A stretch of DNA of 64,000 nucleotides from Thermoflexus hugenholtzii JAD2. Its GTDB lineage: Bacteria > Chloroflexota > UBA11872 > UBA12225. The stretch lies in contig CAMDTO010000003.1 of the NCBI GenBank assembly GCA_945907765.1, positions 15,813-79,812 on the forward strand, given 5' to 3'. Below are positions 9,201 through 19,099 of this stretch, piece after piece. A model generated the notes under the pieces. The model did not search any database. It saw only the letters and a program-made list of their open reading frames with translations, and was not told where the DNA came from. The first letter of the stretch is position 1. Every line of letters starts with the position of its first letter. Made by a program: the position numbers and the translations under genes.

Positions 9201-9575
9201 ATGCCGACCTACGAGTACGCCTGTACCGCTTGCACCCATCGATTCGAACGGGTGCAGAAGTTTTCCGACGACCCTGTCACCGAATGTCCCGAGTGCTCCG
9301 GCAAGGTGCGCAAGGTCTATTTCGCGGCTGGTGTCGTCTTCAAGGGGTCGGGTTGGTACATCAACGACAGTCGCCCTTCGGCACCATCGGAGACGTCGTC
9401 CGCACCATCGGAGACGTCGTCCGCACCATCGGCAGCAGTCACGCCAGAACCGGCATCCGAGACGAAGTCTGATGCCGCTGCCCCCGCAAGCGCTCTTGCG
9501 GGGGCCCCCGCGTCGCCGGCACCAGCCACCACGGGAACTGGAACGACCTCATCGTCTTCACCGGCCTCGGCATAG
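9201..9575 (+). CDS. FmdB-family zinc-ribbon protein with low-complexity Ser/Ala/Pro/Thr tail
   Basis: [39 protein letters not shown] is the classic CxxC-X-CxxC FmdB signature. The start is moved to the MPTYEY Met. Confidence 0.85.
   Translation: MPTYEYACTACTHRFERVQKFSDDPVTECPECSGKVRKVYFAAGVVFKGSGWYINDSRPSAPSETSSAPSETSSAPSAAVTPEPASETKSDAAAPASALAGAPASPAPATTGTGTTSSSSPASA
9381..9432 (+). repeat. 21-nt perfect tandem repeat, about 2.5 copies, inside the FmdB-like gene
   Basis: GCACCATCGGAGACGTCGTCC x2 followed by GCACCATCGG. Encodes [17 protein letters not shown]. Confidence 0.9.
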
Positions 9576-9592
9576 CCGGCCTGCAGAAAGTC

Positions 9593-10108
9593 ATGCGCGC
9601 CGTCGTCCAGCGTGTCCGCGGTGCGAATGTGGAGGTTGCCGGGGAACGCGTGGGGGAAATTGGCCGCGGCCTCGCGGTCCTCATTGGTGTGACCCATGAG
9701 GACCGCGAAGACGACTCGGCTTGGATCGCACGCAAGATTGCGGAACTTCGTGTTCTCGCTGACGACCAAGGACGAATGAACCGTTCATTACTCGACACTG
9801 GTGAGGCGGCCCTGATCGTCTCCCAATTCACGCTCTTCGCCGATACAAGGAGTGGTCGACGGCCCGGGTTTACCGGCGCGGCGCTTCCGACAGTTGCCGA
9901 ACCGCTCGTCACGGCCGTCATTGTCTCGTTACGATCCCTTGGCATACCCGTCGCCACTGGGAAGTTCGGCGCAGACATGACGATCAACTTCGTCGCCGAC
10001 GGCCCGGTCACGATCCTGCTAGACAGTGTGGAGCGTCCCGGTAGGGATGGTCTCGGCGCGGCTCCGCTTGGTGCCGGAAAGGATGCCCGTGGAACGGCGA
10101 CCGCTTGA
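9593..10108 (+). CDS. dtd: D-aminoacyl-tRNA deacylase
   Basis: MRAVVQRV...VLIGV...[17 protein letters not shown]...[18 protein letters not shown] is the typical Dtd pattern. It has a ~20-aa C-terminal extension that overlaps the next gene by 26 nt. Confidence 0.88.
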   Translation: MRAVVQRVRGANVEVAGERVGEIGRGLAVLIGVTHEDREDDSAWIARKIAELRVLADDQGRMNRSLLDTGEAALIVSQFTLFADTRSGRRPGFTGAALPTVAEPLVTAVIVSLRSLGIPVATGKFGADMTINFVADGPVTILLDSVERPGRDGLGAAPLGAGKDARGTATA

Positions 10109-11699
10109 ACGCGTCCGAGGCACTCAGGACCATCAAACCCGTCAGGCAACAAGCCTGGATGCCATGCGCACGAAGTGCGAAACCGCATTCGGACTTCACG
10201 GCTTCCGCCGCGTGGATGTGCCTGTGCTTGAGCCTGCCGAACTTCACCTGAGGAAATCAGGCCTCGAAATCATCTCGAAGCTCTACTCGTTCCACGACCT
10301 TGGTGGCCGCAGGATCTGCCTCCGGCCCGAACTGACCGCAAGCATGGTACGCGCAGCAATCGCCCAACCGTCACCGCGTCTGCCAGACAAGATGTTTGCA
10401 ACTGGTCCGGTGTTCCGTTACGAACGCCCATCACGCGGCCGATTCCGACAGTTCATGCAGACCGGGGTCGAAGTCCTGGGTGCCGAAGGTGTCCTAGCGG
10501 ATGCGGAAATCATTGCGTTGGCCGCAACGACCCTCGACACCATCGGCATAACCAGGTACACGGTGACGATCGGCAACGTCGGCATCCTGGGTGAACTGCT
10601 GACCCATCTCGGCCTCACCGGACGTCGACGCGCACTGTTGCTCGAAAGCCTCGAGGACGCCAGGCGTCACGGGATCGAGGCTGTCCGGACCCGGTTCGCA
10701 TCCCTGGACCCGGACCTCATCCAGCCAGGCGAGTCCACTCGGATCCGAGACAGCGCCGTCACCGCCGAACTTTCGTCCACATCCGAGGATGCGCTTGCCC
10801 GTCTGGTCGCCCAGACCAGCGCCGGTGACCTGGGTCGTCGAACCCTAGCGGATGTGACGACCCGTCTGGCAGCACGCATGCACGCCGACACGGCACGCGC
10901 TGCGGTGGATCGGGCGCTCGCATTCATCGGCGAACTGGGCGCGGTTCGCGGCGACCCGGATACCGCCCTCGATGCGGCCCGCGCACTCCTCGAAGCCCAC
11001 GGTCTCGATCCTAAGCCGTTGGACCAACTCTCTGAAACGATCACCCTTCTCGATGCGTTCGGCGTAAAGCGCGAGCGCGTGCAGATTGACCTCGGATTGA
11101 GCCGCGGACTGCAGTACTACACCGGAATGGTCTTTGAAGTGGACCACGAGGCGCTGGGCGCTGAGAAGCAACTCTGCGGTGGCGGGCGATATGACGACCT
11201 CTACCGCGTCCTTGGAGGAAGGCAATCGGTCACGGCTATCGGGTTCGCATTCGGCCTCGAACGGCTAGTGCTTGCCAAGGAGGCCGAAACGATCGACGGA
11301 ACCGGTGACAACGTTCCGGATGCGGTTTTCGTCGTTCCCTCCACCCCCGGCGACGCGGTAATTGCCGCTCGCGCGGCCACGGCACTCCGGCACATCGGGG
11401 TTACCGCCGCATTGGACACAAGCGGTCGCGCCGCCCGAGGCGCAGTTGCATTCGCCGCCCGGGAGGGTTTCGCCTATCTCGCAATGGTGTCCCGCGACGA
11501 CCCTCCCGAGACCCTTCGGCTGCGCCCGCTCACACCGGATGGCGTTCCGGCCGACGACACAATCTCCGTGCCGGATGGGCCAATCCCGATCACGTCCACT
11601 CTGGAATGGTTGCGGGCAAACCCGGCACCGAGCTCCGAGAGCACAGGCCTGCATCGGTCCACGAACCGCTCGGAAACCCCCGCGGAGGCGCGGTCATGA
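10083..11699 (+). CDS. Histidyl-tRNA synthetase family protein (full-length HisRS-like; HisS or HisZ-like role unresolved)
   Basis: [13 protein letters not shown], motif 2 [23 protein letters not shown], motif 3/His[12 protein letters not shown]-terminal alpha/beta anticodon-binding-like region is present ([27 protein letters not shown]...). Start is the ATG at 10083. The stop overlaps the hisG ATG (ATGA). Confidence 0.75.
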   Translation: MPVERRPLERVRGTQDHQTRQATSLDAMRTKCETAFGLHGFRRVDVPVLEPAELHLRKSGLEIISKLYSFHDLGGRRICLRPELTASMVRAAIAQPSPRLPDKMFATGPVFRYERPSRGRFRQFMQTGVEVLGAEGVLADAEIIALAATTLDTIGITRYTVTIGNVGILGELLTHLGLTGRRRALLLESLEDARRHGIEAVRTRFASLDPDLIQPGESTRIRDSAVTAELSSTSEDALARLVAQTSAGDLGRRTLADVTTRLAARMHADTARAAVDRALAFIGELGAVRGDPDTALDAARALLEAHGLDPKPLDQLSETITLLDAFGVKRERVQIDLGLSRGLQYYTGMVFEVDHEALGAEKQLCGGGRYDDLYRVLGGRQSVTAIGFAFGLERLVLAKEAETIDGTGDNVPDAVFVVPSTPGDAVIAARAATALRHIGVTAALDTSGRAARGAVAFAAREGFAYLAMVSRDDPPETLRLRPLTPDGVPADDTISVPDGPIPITSTLEWLRANPAPSSESTGLHRSTNRSETPAEARS

Positions 11700-12724
11700 C
11701 CGACACCGAACACACAATCCTGCGGATGGGTGTGCCGTCGGGACGACGCATTGAACCCGCCGCGCTCTCCTTCCTCGAGGGGTGTGGCCTCCGCGTCCGC
11801 AAGGAAAGCGAGCGGCAGTTGTCGGCAGGCATCTCCGGGCTGCCCGGCGTCGTCGTCTTTCTGCAGAGGGCGCGCGACATCGTCACCCAAGTCACCGACG
11901 GCGACCTTGACATCGGTCTCACCGGGGTCGACTTCGTTTCCGAGTTCGGTATCGAAGGTGACGACTTGGTAGTCCTCGATTCCAACCTCGGGTTTTCGTC
12001 GGGCGACCTCGTCGTCGCCGTCCCGGATGGTTGGATCGACGTCACCTCGATGGTCGACCTCGCTGACGTTGCGGTGACCCTTCGCGAAAGGGGGCAACTC
12101 CTTCGCGTCGCCACCAGCTACCCGCGCCTCGCACAACGCTTTCTGTACGAGAAGGGAATTACCCACTTCACCATCATTGCGATGGACGGCGGGGTCGAGG
12201 CAGCGCCCGGTGCCGGGTTCGCTGACGTGATTGTCGAACTTACGGTATCGGGTGTCTCCCTCAAGGAGAACCGTCTGAAAGTCCTGCGCCACGCCGTGGT
12301 CATGAAGACGCAGGCCTGTCTCATTGGCAATCGGCGATCACTCACGACCCATCCGGCCAAGCGCGAACTCGCAAGACGGATCCTCGAACTGATCGAAGCG
12401 CGCGGTCGCGCCCAGGGCTTCTACTCAGTCACCGCAAACCTGCGCGCGACGACCGAGACTGAAGTTGCCGAAAGGTTGCTAGGTTCACCGGCGACCCGTG
12501 GCCGGACCGGACCGACCATTGCCCGCGTGTTCAGCGCTTCCGAAGGGCCAGAAGGCGGCCATTGGTTCGCCGCCACGATCATCGTGCCCTCACGGGATCT
12601 CCAGGCTGCCGTTGATCACCTGCGTGCCGCCGGTGGTTCGGGCATCTCTGTCCTGCAGCTCCGCTATTTGTTCGATGAGCAGTCGCACCGCGTTCTCGAA
12701 CTCAACCGCGAACTCGGCGTCTGA
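11696..12724 (+). CDS. hisG: ATP phosphoribosyltransferase, long form (with C-terminal regulatory domain)
   Basis: ILRMGVPSGRR...DIVTQVTDGDLDIGLTGVD...GFADVIVELTVSGVSLKEN, plus a ~90-aa HisG_C-like tail (FYSVTANL...PTIARVF...WFAATIIVPSRDL...). The ATG at 11696 is used in place of the upstream track start. Confidence 0.88.
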   Translation: MTDTEHTILRMGVPSGRRIEPAALSFLEGCGLRVRKESERQLSAGISGLPGVVVFLQRARDIVTQVTDGDLDIGLTGVDFVSEFGIEGDDLVVLDSNLGFSSGDLVVAVPDGWIDVTSMVDLADVAVTLRERGQLLRVATSYPRLAQRFLYEKGITHFTIIAMDGGVEAAPGAGFADVIVELTVSGVSLKENRLKVLRHAVVMKTQACLIGNRRSLTTHPAKRELARRILELIEARGRAQGFYSVTANLRATTETEVAERLLGSPATRGRTGPTIARVFSASEGPEGGHWFAATIIVPSRDLQAAVDHLRAAGGSGISVLQLRYLFDEQSHRVLELNRELGV

Positions 12725-12788
12725 CCCCGGACTACCCGTCTCGACACCGCGCTCAGCACGTCAGCAGACCATCTGGAACGACCACAAG

Positions 12789-14126
12789 ATGACGAACGAG
12801 ACCATCCTGCGCATCGCACACGCCGGGACACCGGAAGCGGAGGCAATCCTCCACCGCATACCCATCGATGAACTCACTCCTGACGACGCCGTGTCAGCAC
12901 GTACCGAGGTGGTCTTCGGCATCCCACTCAGCCCGGAAGCGTTCGTGGAACGCGTGCGCCTCGAAGTCCGCGCGCGCGGTGATGACGCCCTCCGTGAAAT
13001 CGGGGCGCGCCTCGGCGAAACGGTCACCGGGTCATTTGAAACGACGCGTGAGGAAATCGAAGCCGCTTACCAACAGGTATCGGCGCAGTTCGTCGCCGAC
13101 CTCCGGGTCGCTGCTGACCGGATCGAACGGTTTCACCGGAAACAGCCTCACGGATCCTGGCTCGATTTTGGCGAAGGTCTTGGACAGGTCGTGCGTCCAC
13201 TCGACCGCGTCGGCCTCTATGCACCGTCCGGACGGGGTGCCTACCCATCGTCTGTCCTGATGGCTGCCGTTCCGGCACGCGTTGCCGGGGTGCAGGAAGT
13301 TGTCCTCTGTACCTCTCCGGATGCGAACGGAAGACAGCGACCGGAGATGCTTGTCGCCGCCGACATCGCAGGCGTCCATCGCGTCTTCAAACTGGGTGGC
13401 GCCCAGGCAATCTGCGCGATGGCGTACGGCACGCAGTCAGTCCCGAAGGTGGACAAGATTCTCGGCCCGGGGAACCTCTTCGTCGTCCTGGCCAAACGTC
13501 GCGTCTACGGCGCAGTCGATATCGACCAACTCCCCGGGCCAACCGAGACCCTCGTTGTAGCCGATGGATCCGCCGACGCCGAAGAGGTGGCGTCCGATCT
13601 CCTGGCCCAGGCCGAACATGACCCTCTGGCAATCTCGGTCCTCATCACGACCAGCATCGAACTCGCAACGTCAGTCGCCGACGCCGTGCGTCGCCAACTG
13701 GAAACCCTTCCAACCGCCGCGGTTGCCAGGGAGTCCCTCACCCATCGGGGTGGGGCCATCGTGACTTCGTCGGTGGCCGAGGCGATTGCCTTGGCAAACA
13801 CCTTTGCACCGGAACACCTGTGCCTCCTCGTGGACGACCCGTGGACATGGGTTGGCGAAGTTCGCCACGCCGGTGGAATCTTCGTCGGAAGTCACTCTCC
13901 CGAAGCCGCCGGAGACTACGTCGCTGGACCAAGCCACATCATGCCGACCGGCCAGACTGCGCGATTCGCCTCACCGTTATCCGTCGCTGACTTCATCAAG
14001 ATCATCAGCGTCATCGGACTGTCACCACGTCGCCTCGCCGAAATCGGCCCGGTAGCGGCGCGCCTCGCGCGTGCCGAAGGCTTCGAGGCGCACGCACGTG
14101 CGGTCGAGATTCGCCTCAAGGGATAA
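12789..14126 (+). CDS. hisD: Histidinol dehydrogenase
   Basis: VGLYAPSGRGAYPSSVLM, GGAQAICAMAYGT, LLAQAEHDP, APEHLCLLV, GPSHIMPTGQTARF. Start trimmed to MTNETIL (ATG 12789); the upstream track extension overlaps hisG. Confidence 0.9.
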   Translation: MTNETILRIAHAGTPEAEAILHRIPIDELTPDDAVSARTEVVFGIPLSPEAFVERVRLEVRARGDDALREIGARLGETVTGSFETTREEIEAAYQQVSAQFVADLRVAADRIERFHRKQPHGSWLDFGEGLGQVVRPLDRVGLYAPSGRGAYPSSVLMAAVPARVAGVQEVVLCTSPDANGRQRPEMLVAADIAGVHRVFKLGGAQAICAMAYGTQSVPKVDKILGPGNLFVVLAKRRVYGAVDIDQLPGPTETLVVADGSADAEEVASDLLAQAEHDPLAISVLITTSIELATSVADAVRRQLETLPTAAVARESLTHRGGAIVTSSVAEAIALANTFAPEHLCLLVDDPWTWVGEVRHAGGIFVGSHSPEAAGDYVAGPSHIMPTGQTARFASPLSVADFIKIISVIGLSPRRLAEIGPVAARLARAEGFEAHARAVEIRLKG

Positions 14127-14232
14127 TCGACTTGGCACCCTCCGTCTGATCTGGTGTGCCAAGGTCTCAATTTGGGAAAGGGAAGCATGAAGGGGCCGCG
14201 GGAGAGACTTCCCGGCATGCCCCATCATCGCC

Positions 14233-15321
14233 CTACCGGCTGAACAGGATGTTCAGGATGTCACCATCAAGGACGGTGTAGTTCCGCCCTTCCTGACGAA
14301 GCATTCCCCGCTTGCGCGCCTCGGCCATGCTTCCGGTCGACATGAGGTCATCGTACGCCACCACTTCGGCACGGATGAACCCCTTCTCCAAGTCGGAATG
14401 GATCACTCGAGCGGCCCCCGGTGCCTTCTCGCCTCGGACAATCGGCCATGCACGAACCTCGTCCTCACCCGCCGTGAGGAACGAGATCAGCCCAGTCAGG
14501 TCATAGCTCTGGCGGATCACCGATCCCGCGGCGAGTTCCACCAAACCGAGGTCGGCCATGAAGGTGTCGGCATCCTCGCCATCGAGCTGCGCCAACTCCA
14601 TCTCCAACTTGGCGCTGAGGGACGCAACTGCTGTCATCGGGTACGAATACGCGGCGCTCACACTGGCCTCGATGGCCGCGCGGCCACCTAACTGGTCCTC
14701 ACCTACATTCACCAGCACAAGGACTGGCTTCAGGGTCAGGAACTGGAACCCTCTGATGTCGCGCAACTGGTCCGTAGACAGATCATGCGCGCGCAGGGGT
14801 TGACCCTCCTCGAGTGACTTCTGGAACTCCTCGAAAAGGGCGATCTCCGCCTCGATTGGGGCGCGCTCGGCAGTCTTGGTCTTCTTGAGGTCGCTCTCAA
14901 GCCTCGTGCGCTTGCGTTCGACGACCGCCAGATCAGCAACCACCAGATCAAGTTGCACTTTTTCGAGGGCCGCAACCGGGTCGATCGGCCCATCATTCGG
15001 CACACTCGGGTCAGTAAACGCCCGAACCACGATCACCAGGGCGTCAACGGTCCTGAGTTGCCCGACCCAGGCCACTTCGCTCCGGTCGCGCGATCCGAAC
15101 CCGGCACCCGGGAAGTCAAGGTAATGGACCTCGGCCGGGGTCGTCTTCTTCGGCGAGAACATCTCGGTCAGGCGGTCCAGACGCACGTCTGGAACCTTGA
15201 CGACGGCAACATGCGTGTCCTGACCATACCCACCGGCGGCCACTGGTGCTTCACCACCGGTCAGTGCATTGAAGAGCGACGTCTTGCCGCTTTGGGGCAG
15301 TCCGATAATCCCGAGGCGCAT
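14233..15321 (-). CDS. ychF: Ribosome-binding ATPase YchF
   Basis: MRLGIIGLPQSGKTSLFNALTG (G1), and a C-terminal TGS-like FIRAEV...GR.Y.V.DGDI motif. Confidence 0.9.
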   Translation of the reverse strand: MRLGIIGLPQSGKTSLFNALTGGEAPVAAGGYGQDTHVAVVKVPDVRLDRLTEMFSPKKTTPAEVHYLDFPGAGFGSRDRSEVAWVGQLRTVDALVIVVRAFTDPSVPNDGPIDPVAALEKVQLDLVVADLAVVERKRTRLESDLKKTKTAERAPIEAEIALFEEFQKSLEEGQPLRAHDLSTDQLRDIRGFQFLTLKPVLVLVNVGEDQLGGRAAIEASVSAAYSYPMTAVASLSAKLEMELAQLDGEDADTFMADLGLVELAAGSVIRQSYDLTGLISFLTAGEDEVRAWPIVRGEKAPGAARVIHSDLEKGFIRAEVVAYDDLMSTGSMAEARKRGMLRQEGRNYTVLDGDILNILFSR

Positions 15322-15483
15322 CCCGACCCCTGTTCTCCACAGTCGCGCCGACAGTGACGCGCCGACGAGAGTCTACCGGTGCCTCCGGTCTCGAGGCATC
15401 AGGTGTCGCCTCTAGCAGGCGTGCAGGGGCACGGTATGGAGACAATCCGAGAGGACCGGCCCCTCTGCGTGGTCATCACCGGT

Positions 15484-16791
15484 TCAGCGGATGACCTCAA
15501 GAACTAGGGGTTCCCGAACAATGTCCGTCGCCGACCACGTGAAGGCCCCAATCGCGTCGGACACCAGCCGGTCGGTCGAGCCAAGGGGTTCGCGCGAATG
15601 TACAACCCCCACCGACTGGCCCGCATGCACACGGTCACCAGCACGGACAGACAGAACGACGCCGACTGCCGGGTCAATCAATGCCCCCTTTGTCGCCCGC
15701 CCTGCACCCAACCGCATCGCCACCTCTCCAATGGCCAGTGCGTCAATGCGAGCGACCACACCGTCCTGGGGGGCGACCACCGGCGTTTGCCATGGTGCCG
15801 TCGGCAGGGTCTCCGGATGATCGATCGCATCGGGGGAACCACCGAGCGATGCAACCAGGTCACGCAGGCGACGATGGGCGTCTCCGGAGCTGATCGTCGC
15901 CTCGAGCCTCGTTCGAGCCTCGGTGATAGTCAACGCCGCACCTGAAGCGACCATCACCTCTGCACCCAGGATCACGCACAGTTCGAGCAAGTCGCTCGAC
16001 CCACCACCACGGAGGGTGGCGACCGCCTCCTGCACCTCGAGGATATTCCCGACCGCCATTCCAAGCGGCTGATCCATCGAGGTGATGACCGCCACGACCG
16101 CCAGTCCGGCCGCTAACCCAAGATCGACCATTGCCCGTGACAGATCACGAGCGCCTTCCAAGGTCTTCATGAATGCGCCACTGCCAACCTTGACGTCAAG
16201 CACGACCGCCCGTGCGCCGGTGGCAATCTTCTTGCTCATCACGCTACTCGCGATCAGTGGAATCGATTCGACCGTCCCGGTGACATCGCGCAGTGCGTAC
16301 AGGCGCCCGTCGCCAGGCGCAAGATCGGGCGACTGGGCCGAAACGGCGATACCGCGCGTCCGGACGGCTACGGCAAAATCGGAAATACCCAATTCGGTCT
16401 TGACCCCGGGGATTGCTTCCAACTTGTCGATCGTGCCACCGGTGTGCCCAAGCCCTCGCCCCGACATCTTGGCAACCACACATCCCGCAGCGGCAAGCAT
16501 GGGCACAAGCACGAGTGTGGTCTTGTCTCCGACTCCGCCCGTGGAATGCTTGTCCACGACCGGCATTGCCAAATCTCGGAACGCGAGTTGCTGGCCACTT
16601 TCAACCAGCGCACGGGTGAGTTCAGCGGTCTCGACGGCATCAAGGCCTCGCCAGCAGACAGCCATCAGCCACGCAGACATCTGGTAATCCGGAATGATAT
16701 TCCGCAGATACCCATCAACCAGCGACGCGATCTCGCCTTGTTCGTGCCGCAGACCAGTGCGCTTCTTGTTGATCAAGTCGACAGCACGCAT
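15484..16791 (-). CDS. pdp: Pyrimidine-nucleoside (thymidine) phosphorylase
   Basis: MRAVDLINKKR...MSAWLMAVCWRG...DKHSTGGVGDKTTL...SGRGLGHTGGTIDKLE. ATG at 16789-16791 is preceded by GGAGG with an 8-nt spacer. The track start at 16800 is a GTG inside that SD region. Confidence 0.9.
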   Translation of the reverse strand: MRAVDLINKKRTGLRHEQGEIASLVDGYLRNIIPDYQMSAWLMAVCWRGLDAVETAELTRALVESGQQLAFRDLAMPVVDKHSTGGVGDKTTLVLVPMLAAAGCVVAKMSGRGLGHTGGTIDKLEAIPGVKTELGISDFAVAVRTRGIAVSAQSPDLAPGDGRLYALRDVTGTVESIPLIASSVMSKKIATGARAVVLDVKVGSGAFMKTLEGARDLSRAMVDLGLAAGLAVVAVITSMDQPLGMAVGNILEVQEAVATLRGGGSSDLLELCVILGAEVMVASGAALTITEARTRLEATISSGDAHRRLRDLVASLGGSPDAIDHPETLPTAPWQTPVVAPQDGVVARIDALAIGEVAMRLGAGRATKGALIDPAVGVVLSVRAGDRVHAGQSVGVVHSREPLGSTDRLVSDAIGAFTWSATDIVREPLVLEVIR

Positions 16792-16979
16792 TCCAGGCAC
16801 CTCCAGGGCTTTGCTGGCCCTCGCTCACTTCCGCCTCCCCACTACCTCGCGACGCGCGGCTCGGGATTCGGGGCCATGTCTTGGGTGGACAGTCTGCGGA
16901 TCCCAAGCCTCGTTGATGATAGATCGTTGGTTCTGTCAACGTCAGGCGTCTGTGTAAGACGAGGGTCCCGGTGAGGGAT

Positions 16980-18614
16980 CTAACGGTACCTCTCGAGCAT
17001 CCGACGCGCGACGGGTAGCCACGCGCTAAGGTCGGATGCACGCAGGCCCGCGCTTCCGTGTTGGGTGCGCCATGCCTCTCCGGCGAGGGCATGCAGGGTC
17101 ATCCCGGTAACAGCACTCTCCCATGGCGATGCACCCTGTGCCGCCAAGGAGGCAATGACACCGGCAAGCACGTCCCCACTTCCGGCCGTAGCCAATGCTG
17201 CATTTGCGTACGCGCCAACCACCACCGTCCCAGTGGGCGACGCGACGACACTTGGCGCGCCCTTGAGAACGACCACGACACCCCAGCGCATCGCCGAACC
17301 CCGGGCAATGCTTACCGGGTCTCGACCGACTGCCTCGACGGTCTGGCCAGTCAGCCGTGCCATCTCAGCCAGGTGGGGGGTAAACACGAAAGAACATCCC
17401 CGATCAGGCACGGAACTTCCCACCCGTGTGCCCAGCGGCCAGCGATCAGGCGCGACCGGTGAGATCGCATTCAGCGCATCGGCGTCCACCACCACAGTCA
17501 GGGACTGGTCCCGAGTGCCAATCCTCGCCAACAGCTCCCGGACCGCGGTGAATGTTGCCCCATCCATGCCGAGGCCCGGCCCGATTACCAGTCCCCTGCA
17601 CCGTTCGAGGTGTTCAACCACGACGTCAAGATGTGCCAAGTTCAGCACCCCAGGGGTAGACGCGTCTTGCACAAGCGGCAGGACCACCGCCTCGACCGGA
17701 GCCACGACGCCCGCATCCTGACCGGCATTCGCAATCGTCACGAGGCCACTCCCGGCCTCAATCGCTCCAAGCGCAGCCAAAACTGGTGCGCCTGGATACC
17801 TTCCCGAACCACCGAGGACCAGCACCCGACCGAATGTCCCCTTGTGTGACCGGTCTGGCCTCGCGGGAAGCAGGTGCGCAACGTGGGCGGGCACCGCCCT
17901 CCACGTTCCACCATCATCAGAAAGCGTGCGACCCAACTCCGGGCGGACGCAGCCCGGGATCCCGATATCGAGTTCCACGACACGGCCTGATTTCGCCGCA
18001 CCATCGCCAAGGACCGTGCCCACCTTGACAGGCCCGGTGGCGAAGGTGTGCGTCGCCTGGAATGCAACCGGATCTGCGCCACCCGTATCGGCATCAACTC
18101 CCGATGGGACATCAATCGCGATACGGAACTGTCCCGGTTGTGCCCGGAACTGATCGCAAACCTCGAGGACGGCGCGGACCGTACCACGTGCCGGACCGGA
18201 TGCACCGATGCCCAGAAGACCGTCAAGCACCACATCCGATGAGCCAAGCCAATCGGCAAGGCGTCTGGGGAGTGTCTCAGAGTCGTCCCCTGCTATGACT
18301 TCAACGAGGCCAACCAAGTCTGGATCGTCCGCCCACGCCAGATGCGGATCACCAGCACGCGACTGCGATAGGCAGAGGCGCACACGCCAACGCAAAGAAC
18401 GCGCCAGATGACCACACGCAACCAACGCATCGGCACCGTTGTTGCCCTTTCCAACCAGGGCTGCAACGGTCCGGCCACGTGCGCCACCCGTCAGGTGCTC
18501 TGCACTGCGTGCGATCGCCAACCCGGCCTGTTCCAGCAATCGATCCCGAGGCACACCCGCACGCTCAGAGCAATCTTCCAACGCACGCATCGCGGCCGAT
18601 GTGACCAGTCGCAC
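16980..18614 (-). CDS. nnr: Bifunctional NAD(P)H-hydrate repair enzyme (epimerase + ADP-dependent dehydratase)
   Basis: N-terminal YjeF_N pattern (GKGNNGADALV) and C-terminal carbohydrate-kinase pattern (VLKGAPSVVA...ATAGSGDVLAG). Confidence 0.88.
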   Translation of the reverse strand: MRLVTSAAMRALEDCSERAGVPRDRLLEQAGLAIARSAEHLTGGARGRTVAALVGKGNNGADALVACGHLARSLRWRVRLCLSQSRAGDPHLAWADDPDLVGLVEVIAGDDSETLPRRLADWLGSSDVVLDGLLGIGASGPARGTVRAVLEVCDQFRAQPGQFRIAIDVPSGVDADTGGADPVAFQATHTFATGPVKVGTVLGDGAAKSGRVVELDIGIPGCVRPELGRTLSDDGGTWRAVPAHVAHLLPARPDRSHKGTFGRVLVLGGSGRYPGAPVLAALGAIEAGSGLVTIANAGQDAGVVAPVEAVVLPLVQDASTPGVLNLAHLDVVVEHLERCRGLVIGPGLGMDGATFTAVRELLARIGTRDQSLTVVVDADALNAISPVAPDRWPLGTRVGSSVPDRGCSFVFTPHLAEMARLTGQTVEAVGRDPVSIARGSAMRWGVVVVLKGAPSVVASPTGTVVVGAYANAALATAGSGDVLAGVIASLAAQGASPWESAVTGMTLHALAGEAWRTQHGSAGLRASDLSAWLPVARRMLERYR

Positions 18615-18623
18615 AAGTTGCCT

Positions 18624-19007
18624 CTACGATCCCGCCCGGTTGACACCCTGGGCCACAACCATTGCGATAGCCATGTCCCGCGAGTGCGACAACGAGATCT
18701 CGAAAGCCGTCATGCCTAGTTCCGCAGCTCGCGCCTTTGCACGGTTGTGAAGGACGACCAGTGGCTTGCCTCGCGGATCCGGAACCACCTCGATGTCACG
18801 CCAAGCCATGCCGACAATCCCCGTCCCAAGTGCCTTGCTGACCGCCTCTTTCGCTGCGAAACGCACCGCGAGTTCGGGTACACGACCCCGGCAGTAGGCA
18901 CGTTCCGCGTCGGTAAAAATTCGGATGAGGAACCGGTCACCCCAGCGGCCTATCACCGCCGCAACCCGGTCAATCTCCACAAGATCCACACCACACGAAA
19001 GTGTCAT
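18624..19007 (-). CDS. acpS: Holo-[acyl-carrier-protein] synthase
   Basis: CGVDLVEIDRV...FAAKEAVSKALG...ISLSHSRDMAIAMVV. Start trimmed to MTLSCGVD. Confidence 0.88.
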   Translation of the reverse strand: MTLSCGVDLVEIDRVAAVIGRWGDRFLIRIFTDAERAYCRGRVPELAVRFAAKEAVSKALGTGIVGMAWRDIEVVPDPRGKPLVVLHNRAKARAAELGMTAFEISLSHSRDMAIAMVVAQGVNRAGS

Positions 19008-19099
19008 AACGCCTCTATCCGTGAGCACCCGTGCCGCTAGCAACACCAGGGGGAGCCTCACCGGGTGCCAAGACGCCCGTGCAAGGGCGACGGCAGAAA

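Noticed and set aside
12498-12788. Upstream extensions of hisD (12498). Similar cases: modA (21937), rph (52889), the DUF3105-like gene (58228), hisG (11606) and the HisRS-like gene (10026)
   Set aside because: Each extension overlaps the 3' part of the preceding, well-supported gene in another frame. In every case the family-typical N-terminus starts at an internal in-frame start codon.
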